From: Elusimicrobia bacterium RIFOXYD2_FULL_34_15
GTDB lineage: Bacteria > Elusimicrobiota > UBA8919
Length of the DNA: 64,000 bases
Direction of reading: 5' to 3'
Assembly: GCA_001800605.1 (NCBI GenBank)
Contig: MGVS01000070.1
Span: 2,910 to 66,909 of the forward strand
How positions within the stretch are numbered: position 1 is the first letter of the stretch; each line of letters starts with the position of its first letter. Shown piece by piece: positions 1-6,779 of the stretch. The translations under genes were made by a program, and so were the position numbers. Below the pieces are notes generated by a model, which saw only the letters and a program-made list of their open reading frames with translations, did no database searches and was not told the DNA's origin.

Positions 1-515
1 TTAAAGTTTTTAATGACTTTAGCAAAAACCAGTTCTAAAGATGTATCTTTTTTTATAATTTCCTTCAAAGAAATTGCTATATTTCTAAGGGATTTAGGTA
101 ATGTATTGTTTATATCTATTCCTACTCCGATAATAACCCAGTTTAATTTATTTCGTCTAATAGAGCTTTCTGTTAAAATTCCGCATATTTTTCTGTATTT
201 TTGCTGTTTTTTGTCTTTGATAATTACATCGTTAGGCCATTTAAGTTTAATTTCAGAATATTTACTAAGTGAATCCAGTACTGCAAGAGCCATTTGGTAT
301 GTTAAAATAAAAATTTCATTCAGTTTTATTCTTGGTTTTAAAATAATTGAAAAATATAAACCGCCTTTTTGCGAACTCCAAGTTCTCTCAAAACGGCCTC
401 TGCCTCTGGTTTGTATATCAGATATTACAACAGTATTATCGTTAGCTTTATCGGCAATTTTTTTTGCGAAATTCTGAGTAGAATCTACTTTAGATAATCT
501 GATTATTTTTAACAT
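1..515 (-). CDS. birA: Biotin--[acetyl-CoA-carboxylase] ligase (BirA), partial. The C-terminus runs off the window start.
   Basis: Own reverse-strand translation from the ATG at 513-515 gives MLKIIRLSKVDSTQNFAKKIA...QTRGRGRFERTWSSQKGGLYFSIIL, the BirA catalytic-core signature (GRGRxGRxW, GGLYxS). It is absent from the ORF track because it is truncated by the window edge. Confidence 0.6.
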   Translation of the reverse strand, partial: MLKIIRLSKVDSTQNFAKKIADKANDNTVVISDIQTRGRGRFERTWSSQKGGLYFSIILKPRIKLNEIFILTYQMALAVLDSLSKYSEIKLKWPNDVIIKDKKQQKYRKICGILTESSIRRNKLNWVIIGVGIDINNTLPKSLRNIAISLKEIIKKDTSLELVFAKVIKNF

Positions 516-614
516 GATTATGATTATTCAAAACCAATAATCGATGATTACAGTGATACTACTTTCAAGTCCTAATCTGTGTAATCTTTGTTTTAATCTG
601 TGTAATCTCTTCTA

Positions 615-1424
615 TCAAAATTCCAGGGATATATCTAAGGACGGAGCGGAATGGGTGATGACGCCTACTGATATTCTGTCGGGTTTCAGGCCTGCGAATT
701 TTTCAATAGTTTTTGAATTAACATTGCCTGAGATTTCGATTTCGCATTTTGAATGGTTACGGATATATTGTATTGATTTTTTCATTTCATTGTAATTCAT
801 ATTATCTAGCATAATTATATCCGGATTTAATTTTACGAATTGTTTGACATGACTGAAGTTTTGTGCTTCAATTTCTATTTTTTTATTTTTAGGGAAATTT
901 TTTATATTCAAATGCAAATTTTTTACTAATTCAAGATGATTGTCTTTTATTAAAACCATATCTGAGAGGTTCAGCCGGTGATTATAACCCCCGCCGCATC
1001 TAACTGCATATTTCTCAACTTCTCGTAATAGAGGAGTTGTTTTACGTGTATCATAGATTTTTGTTTTTTTACCGGCAGATTTGACAAATTTATTTGTAAG
1101 TGTTGCAATACCAGAGAGATGTTGTAAGAAATTTAACGCTGTTCTTTCACCGGTCAAAATAGTTTTTACATTTCCTTTGATTTGGGCTATAACTTGACTA
1201 TTCTTAACTTTCTGACCATCTTTAACTATCTTGTTAAAAATTATTTTATTGTCAAGTAACTGAAAGACCATTTTTGTTATGTCAAGTCCACAAACAATAC
1301 CGGCTTCTTTAGCAAAAAAATCTGCGGAGATAATTTTATTATTTTTTATAAGAGAATTAGTTGTGATGTCGCCTTTTGCAACATCTTCTTTTAATGCTAA
1401 TTTAACTAGAGTTTTTATGTTCAT
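615..1424 (-). CDS. nadC: Nicotinate-nucleotide pyrophosphorylase [carboxylating] (quinolinate phosphoribosyltransferase)
   Basis: 269-aa ORF with clear full-length NadC/QPRTase family similarity and typical NadC length. Confidence 0.85.
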   Translation of the reverse strand: MNIKTLVKLALKEDVAKGDITTNSLIKNNKIISADFFAKEAGIVCGLDITKMVFQLLDNKIIFNKIVKDGQKVKNSQVIAQIKGNVKTILTGERTALNFLQHLSGIATLTNKFVKSAGKKTKIYDTRKTTPLLREVEKYAVRCGGGYNHRLNLSDMVLIKDNHLELVKNLHLNIKNFPKNKKIEIEAQNFSHVKQFVKLNPDIIMLDNMNYNEMKKSIQYIRNHSKCEIEISGNVNSKTIEKFAGLKPDRISVGVITHSAPSLDISLEF

Positions 1425-1443
1425 ATAAAATCAGGATATCCCT

Positions 1444-1531
1444 TGGTGTCATTGCGAAGAGCATAGCGATGAAGCAATCTCGCTTTAAAATATGTTTTGG
1501 GATTGCTTCGCTAACGCTCGCAATGACCAAT
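1444..1531. repeat. Long imperfect GC-rich palindrome (about 88 nt). Arms are TTGGTGTCATTGCGA...GAAGCAATC and GATTGCTTCG...TCGCAATGACCAA. It sits between the uvrB stop and the nadC start, so it may be a terminator or an REP-like element.
   Basis: Reverse complement of 1499-1530 aligns to 1444-1484 with an internal bulge. It stands out as GC-rich in an AT-rich spacer. Confidence 0.5.
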
Positions 1532-1589
1532 AAAAATTCTTAATAGCAATCTCATTTTCATTCTATTAAATTTTGCCTTTTTTTTCAAC

Positions 1590-1666
1590 CCTATTCTTTC
1601 TGCGTTTATCTGCGTAAAAATTCGCGTAAATCTGCTTATAGTTCTCTCAGCGTGGATCTGCTTCTA
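1590..1666. repeat. Member of the ATCTGCGT/ATCTGCTTC interspersed repeat family, located at the 3' end of uvrB.
   Basis: tctgcgtttatctgcgtaaa...cagcgtggatctgcttcta. Related copies occur at 5190-5290, 5693-5830 and 37405-37502. Confidence 0.6.
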
Positions 1667-3700
1667 TTTTTTCACAGACATTTCTTTCAATTCAAATATC
1701 TTATCCCTTAATATAGCGGCAACTTCGAAATTCAAATTATCGGCTGCATCATTCATTTCTTTTTCAAGTTCCCGTATTAATTCAGGAATATTTTTCTTTT
1801 GGGCATATTTTACCCAGTCCTCTCTTAATAATGACAGCGAATCCTTGGTTGCTTTGTATTGGAACTCTTGCAGTTCTTCAATTGCTTTTATTATTGATTT
1901 GGGTTTTATATTATGTTTTATATTATAAGCAACCTGTTTTTTTCTTCTGCGATTCATTTCCGCTAAGGCACGTTTCATTGAGCCGGTTACGGTTTCAGCA
2001 TATAAAATAACTTTTCCGTTGATGTTTCGTGCTGCACGGCCCGAAACTTGAATTAACGATGTTTCGCTTCTTAAAAATCCTTCTTTATCAGCGTCTAAAA
2101 CAGCAACCAGCGAAACTTCGGGCAAGTCAAGGCCTTCACGCAGAAGATTTACACCAACTAAAACGTCAAAATTTCCCTTTCTTAAATCACTTAAAATCTC
2201 TATTCGTTCCAATGCCTGAATTCCGGAATGCAAATATTTTACTTTTATTTTTTTTTCAAAAAGATATTCTGCAAGGTCTTCCGCCATTTTTTTTGTTAAT
2301 GTAGTAACCAGGACCCGTTCTTTTTTAATAACACATTTTTCAATTTCTGAAATTAAATCATCAATCTGGTTTTCAACCGGTTTTACCACAACTTCAGGAT
2401 CAATAAGTCCGGTAGGTCTTACAATCTGTTCGACTATAGCACCCCTGGATTTTTTTAGTTCGTATTCCGAAGGTGTAGCGGACATGTAAATGACATTATC
2501 AACTAGCGATTCAAATTCTTCAAGTTTCTGAGGGCGGTTATCCAGGGCTGACGGCAGACGAAACCCGAAATCAATAAGAGTTTCTTTTCTTGCTTTATCC
2601 CCTTTATACATTCCGTTAATTTGCGGGATTGTGACATGTGATTCGTCGATAACCGTAAGAAAATCTTTTGGAAAATAATCAATGAGACATTCGGGTCTTG
2701 AACCGGGTTTTCTGCCTGAAAGGTGTCTTGAATAATTTTCAATTCCATGGCAATAACCCAGTTCAAGCATCATTTCTATGTCGTAATTCGTTCGTTGTTC
2801 AATTCGTTGCGCTTCCAAAAGTTTCCCTTCTTTTTTAAAATATTGAATCCGTTCTTTTAGTTCCCTTCTTATTTCTTCAACTGCTTTTTCCAACTGTGGA
2901 CGTGGTGTAACGAAGTGCTTTGCGGGATAGATGAAATATCGTGAGATTGTGGGATAGTGCGATGGTGCGATTGAGTGGCCGGTAAGAGGATTTATTTCGG
3001 TTATTTTTTCGATTTCATCACCGAAAAATTCAACCCTTATTGCTGTTTCGGAGTTTGCAGGAAAAATATCTATTAAGTCGCCCCGTACCCTGAATTTACC
3101 GCGTATAAATTCGATATCATTTCTTTCATAGTGTATATTTATTAATTCATTCAATAAAAAATTACGGTTAACCGTTTTACCTTTTTCGAGAACTACGCAC
3201 ATTTCTTTAAAATCTTCAGGAGAGCCGAGATTGTAAATTGAAGATACAGAAGCGACAACAATAACATCGGTTCTGGATAATAGAGAAGTTGTTGTTTTAA
3301 TACGTAGTCGGTCTATGTGTTCGTTTATTGAAGCGTCTTTTTCTATATAGGTATCTGTTTGCGGTATATATGATTCCGGCTGGTAGTAATCATAATATGA
3401 AATAAAATATTCAACTGCGTTATCAGGAAAAAAAGCTTTAAATTCGGAATAAACTTGTGCGGCAAGCGTTTTATTGTGCGATATTACAAGAGTAGGTTTG
3501 TTAATTTTTTGTATTACGTTTGCAATTGTAAAAGTTTTACCGGAACCGGTAACACCGAGAAGAACCTGATGTTTTTGATTTATTTTAATTCCATTAAGTA
3601 ATTGTTTTATTGCTTCGGGTTGGTCACCTGCAGGTTTGAATTTAGATATGAGATTAAATTGTCCCCGTACGAAAATGTTGTTAATATTGTTTTTTGCCAT
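1664..3700 (-). CDS. uvrB: Excinuclease ABC subunit B
   Basis: 678-aa ORF with Walker A LGVTGSGKTFT, the helicase motifs and a C-terminal UvrB/UvrC interaction region. Full-length UvrB. Confidence 0.95.
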   Translation of the reverse strand: MAKNNINNIFVRGQFNLISKFKPAGDQPEAIKQLLNGIKINQKHQVLLGVTGSGKTFTIANVIQKINKPTLVISHNKTLAAQVYSEFKAFFPDNAVEYFISYYDYYQPESYIPQTDTYIEKDASINEHIDRLRIKTTTSLLSRTDVIVVASVSSIYNLGSPEDFKEMCVVLEKGKTVNRNFLLNELINIHYERNDIEFIRGKFRVRGDLIDIFPANSETAIRVEFFGDEIEKITEINPLTGHSIAPSHYPTISRYFIYPAKHFVTPRPQLEKAVEEIRRELKERIQYFKKEGKLLEAQRIEQRTNYDIEMMLELGYCHGIENYSRHLSGRKPGSRPECLIDYFPKDFLTVIDESHVTIPQINGMYKGDKARKETLIDFGFRLPSALDNRPQKLEEFESLVDNVIYMSATPSEYELKKSRGAIVEQIVRPTGLIDPEVVVKPVENQIDDLISEIEKCVIKKERVLVTTLTKKMAEDLAEYLFEKKIKVKYLHSGIQALERIEILSDLRKGNFDVLVGVNLLREGLDLPEVSLVAVLDADKEGFLRSETSLIQVSGRAARNINGKVILYAETVTGSMKRALAEMNRRRKKQVAYNIKHNIKPKSIIKAIEELQEFQYKATKDSLSLLREDWVKYAQKKNIPELIRELEKEMNDAADNLNFEVAAILRDKIFELKEMSVKK

Positions 3701-3748
3701 TAGTATATTTAATATTTATTATATGACTGCATTTTCTAACGGGGCTTA

Positions 3749-3794
3749 CCCCGTACGAGATAGGAAGCGTTTGTAAAAATGCTTCCGTGTATTG
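3749..3794 (-). promoter_or_regulatory. Conserved 46-nt element, copy 1. The motif is CCCCGTACGAGATAGGAAGCGTTTGTAAAAATGCTTCCGTGTATTG and it lies immediately upstream of uvrB. It contains the hairpin GGAAGC..GCTTCC.
   Basis: Near-identical copy (1 indel) at 36096-36140 upstream of hom. Both copies are in sense orientation relative to the downstream minus-strand gene. Confidence 0.4.
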
Positions 3795-3886
3795 TATATG
3801 AAATATTCATATATTTTTATATCTTACTTTTAATAGCACATATTTAGTATACAAACTAATCTCTAACGGGGCAGGTTCACAGGAAA

Positions 3887-5149
3887 TTATAATGACCATC
3901 TAGGAGACAATTCTTTCCACGATTCTCTTACAGGTTTTGCTGTTGATGTAGTTTTTATGTTTTGGGCACAGGTTTTATCATAATATATTGTAGGTGTTCC
4001 GCCTCCAAGTGCAGTACCCCGAACTATAACAACTCCGTAAATATTAGGATTTGCGCTGGCGGTACATGTGCCATATACATATATTAATCCTCTGAAGCAA
4101 GGCTTGGTTATTGAAAAATCTTTAATTTGATGGTATCCGCCGTCACCGTCATATTGATTCTGATCAGTATTGTCAGGTTCAATGCCACCGGTATTAGGGG
4201 TATCAACACAATATTCTTTCCAGGCATTTACATGAGGAGTAGCTAAATAATCATCTCCTTTATTACTTGATTCAATGGTCAAATTACCTTTAACTATTAA
4301 ATTACCGTAAACATTGCAAGATTTTAATGTACAGTTGGCTTCCGTATAGTAAGTAGTAAAGGTTGTAGAAAATGCTTCTTTATATGGACCAGAGGAGCCG
4401 CCACCGGCATATGCACCTGTTAAGTCCAAATTACCAACTAAGTAGGTAGGTGTTGCCGGATTTGCAGTAGTATATGCTTGTGCATCCGTTTTGTAATCTG
4501 AAGTTATTTCAGGTATTTCCGCAACCTCAAATTCGTCATGCCATTCACGAAATTCATCATCTAAAGCGGAAGGTCCGGATGTCGGTGCGCCAGGTGTTGG
4601 GTCATTATGATTATGTCCGGCGCTACCGCAGGATATCTGACCACGAGAATATTTTCTTGGGTAAAAATTATCAGCTGAACCGCTTAAACTTATACCTAAA
4701 GTAGAAGAAACAGGCCCCCAATTAATTACAAAATTTCCGGTTACGGATATTCCGGGAGCAATCAATGCTGATGATACACCCGGTGTTTTAGAATAAATCG
4801 CCTGAATTGTTCTGCATTCATCTGTAGCTTGATCTTTTCCTGAAGATAGTATAGTTATCTGATTATCAGAAGGACCGCTTGAGAATTTTATTCTGTAATA
4901 ACCGCCTTCAACATCGGAATATGTTGAATCAGTACTGCTTCCGGTATAACCAGGGATTGCAGTTCCTAAAACAGCTATATCCCAAATGCCTGATTCATTT
5001 AATTTAAAAATACCTCTGTCTATTCCCGCTTCAGCGAGATGAAAAGCCCTTGTAGATTTTGTTTGCTTGGTAATTGATTTTGCTTCAAAAGTTGACATAT
5101 AGACAAGTGCCGGTATGACAACCCCTATAATCATAGCAATGATTAACAT
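3887..5149 (-). CDS. Type IV pilus minor pilin / assembly protein, PilX-like. The start is most likely the internal ATG at 5149. The longer ORF to 5314 reads through an intergenic repeat.
   Basis: A hydrophobic N-terminal segment (MLIIAMIIGVVIPALV) is followed by STRAFHLAEAGIDRG, resembling the PilX_N motif (RAF.AAEAGLE). The ORF-track N-terminal extension IRSRYTHKRYRSGFTRITTQ is encoded by the ATCTGCGT repeat family. Confidence 0.5.
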   Translation of the reverse strand: MLIIAMIIGVVIPALVYMSTFEAKSITKQTKSTRAFHLAEAGIDRGIFKLNESGIWDIAVLGTAIPGYTGSSTDSTYSDVEGGYYRIKFSSGPSDNQITILSSGKDQATDECRTIQAIYSKTPGVSSALIAPGISVTGNFVINWGPVSSTLGISLSGSADNFYPRKYSRGQISCGSAGHNHNDPTPGAPTSGPSALDDEFREWHDEFEVAEIPEITSDYKTDAQAYTTANPATPTYLVGNLDLTGAYAGGGSSGPYKEAFSTTFTTYYTEANCTLKSCNVYGNLIVKGNLTIESSNKGDDYLATPHVNAWKEYCVDTPNTGGIEPDNTDQNQYDGDGGYHQIKDFSITKPCFRGLIYVYGTCTASANPNIYGVVIVRGTALGGGTPTIYYDKTCAQNIKTTSTAKPVRESWKELSPRWSL

Positions 5150-5291
5150 TATGACTACAACCTGACCTTTTGAAGAACTCGAAGCTGACTTACGCTGAAC
5201 AATACGCTGATTGACGCAGACAAAATCAGTGTTTATCTGCGTTGTAATCCGCGTGAATCCGCTTCTATATCTTTTATGCGTGTATCTGCTT

Positions 5292-5690
5292 CTAATCTTT
5301 TCTAGCTTTATCATAAATTCGTCTCCGGATTTCTAATTTCTTGCTTCCAAAATTTATTAGTAAACCTAATTTATAATTACTTGCTTTTAGATAATACCAA
5401 AATTGTTTTTCATGTTCTTTTGTTATAAACGGCTGGCATTTAATTTCTATTAGGATTTTTTCATTAATAATTTTATCCGGAATGTAAGTTCCAACTTTAT
5501 TTTCATGATAATAAATATCTATTCTTTTTTGTTCTTCTACTTTAAGTCCTTGTTTTAATAATTCTAAACCAAGAGCGTTATCAACGATTGATTCCTTAAA
5601 TGCACCGTGAAATTCTTTCCAAATTTCGAAACATGCTCCTCTTATTTTATAAGTTTCTTTTTCGTATAAAAAATCCCCCATTTTTTTCAT
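5292..5690 (-). CDS. GxxExxY family protein (PD-(D/E)xK-fold, TIGR04256-like selfish small gene)
   Basis: N-terminal FLYEKETYKIRGACFEIWKEFHGAF matches the GxxExxY signature, and the C-terminal LINFGSKKLEIRR matches too. Its stop codon TAG is supplied by the repeat motif ATCTGCTTCTA. Confidence 0.7.
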   Translation of the reverse strand: MKKMGDFLYEKETYKIRGACFEIWKEFHGAFKESIVDNALGLELLKQGLKVEEQKRIDIYYHENKVGTYIPDKIINEKILIEIKCQPFITKEHEKQFWYYLKASNYKLGLLINFGSKKLEIRRRIYDKARKD

Positions 5691-5692
5691 CA

Positions 5693-5830
5693 GCTTAGAT
5701 CAGCGTTGCTATCAGCGTGTATCTGCTTCCATGCCCTTTCCGCGTAAATCTGCGTTCCAATCTGCGTAGATCTGCTTCAACGCACTTTCCGCGTAAATCT
5801 GCGTTCCAATCTGCGTAGATCTGCTTCTAT
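5693..5830. repeat. Repeat block of the ATCTGCGT/ATCTGCTTC family. It includes a perfect tandem duplication of a 43-nt unit, CTTTCCGCGTAAATCTGCGTTCCAATCTGCGTAGATCTGCTTC, at 5736-5778 and 5785-5827 (period 49).
   Basis: Direct reading of the sequence. Identical copies are separated by AACGCA. Confidence 0.8.
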
Positions 5831-5837
5831 GAATTTA

Positions 5838-6365
5838 TCAGTTCATTATACGTACTTTGGCAGTTGAAAGTTGAAGTGCTTTTGTATTTTGATTATATGT
5901 TTTCTTTTCAAAAGTAATGGAAACATTTACTATGGAATCTTCCGATGTTTCCGGATAAGTAAATGAAATACATCTTAGAGATTTTGCCAACGATATAGTT
6001 GAATTTATTACTTCATAAAGTGTCTGATCCTGTTGATAATATACATATATCTGGTTATTTTTTGTAAATGATATCCTAGAATAAGGCGGTTGGTTAGCAT
6101 CATACCTGTCAACTACAATAGAAGATGCGTCAGCTTGTCTAAGATTCTTGTTAATCGCATTAATAGCAGTTCTTCCATCTCTTTGTATGTCAGTTTTTGC
6201 ACTGGATAATTGCCAGAACTGAATAAATTTTAAAAATAATGATGTCAGAGCCATTGCAATTATGCTTACTGATACAATGTTTATCATCAATTCTACAAGG
6301 GTAAGTCCCTTTGAGCGAGTAGATAAGTGGATATGTGGATAAGTGAATAAGTGTTTGCGTTTCAT
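5838..6365 (-). CDS. Prepilin-type N-terminal cleavage/methylation domain protein (type IV minor pilin, PilV/PilE-like)
   Basis: RSKG|LTLVELMINIVSVSIIAMALTSL is a class III signal with a G-(F/L)TL(V/I)E motif. Confidence 0.55.
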   Translation of the reverse strand: MKRKHLFTYPHIHLSTRSKGLTLVELMINIVSVSIIAMALTSLFLKFIQFWQLSSAKTDIQRDGRTAINAINKNLRQADASSIVVDRYDANQPPYSRISFTKNNQIYVYYQQDQTLYEVINSTISLAKSLRCISFTYPETSEDSIVNVSITFEKKTYNQNTKALQLSTAKVRIMN

Positions 6366-6739
6366 TTATTCCTCAAACTTTTAATTAAATTTTGTAACAT
6401 TCTGCTGATGAAAAACAAGTGTTTAGTAGTTAGGTTGTCAAGTTGATATTCAGTAATAAATTTTAGTTCCTTTGCAATAACGAGTTGTGTATGTAATTCT
6501 CCACAAGAACCAAGTGAAATATACAGGAATTGAATAATTTCAGGTTTATACTGTCGCATAAATCCTTCTGCTATATTCGATGATATTGACACTGTGGCTC
6601 TTCGTATTTGACTTGTTAAACCATAAACTTCTTCTTTTGGAAAACTTTTTGTAATCAGATATACTTCTTTCACTAACTCAATACTTTTCTGCCATACTAA
6701 TAAATCAGTATAACTTTTTACTTTATCAATACTAACCAC
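6362..6739 (-). CDS. Four-helix-bundle protein. This is the 23S rRNA intervening-sequence protein family (PF05635/TIGR02436), the same family as DGR Avd.
   Basis: KSYTDLLVWQKSIELVKEVYLITKSFPKEEVYGLTSQIRRATVSISSNIAEGF is the diagnostic family motif. The ATGA overlap with the downstream pilin gene suggests co-transcription. Confidence 0.8.
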   Translation of the reverse strand: MVSIDKVKSYTDLLVWQKSIELVKEVYLITKSFPKEEVYGLTSQIRRATVSISSNIAEGFMRQYKPEIIQFLYISLGSCGELHTQLVIAKELKFITEYQLDNLTTKHLFFISRMLQNLIKSLRNK

Positions 6740-6779
6740 TTAGCCACCCGTTTTCTCTTTCACTTAACCACTTTTTTAT

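Noticed and set aside
13-477. Plus-strand 154-aa ORF at the window start
   Set aside because: Low-complexity translation with no family resemblance. The opposite strand encodes a clear BirA N-terminal domain over the same span.
5150-5314. N-terminal 55 codons of the ORF-track PilX-like ORF (MIKLEKIRSRYTHKRYRSGFTRITTQ...)
   Set aside because: The stretch is a translation of the ATCTGCGT repeat block, which also contains the stop of the upstream GxxExxY gene. An internal ATG at 5149 gives a sensible hydrophobic N-terminus.
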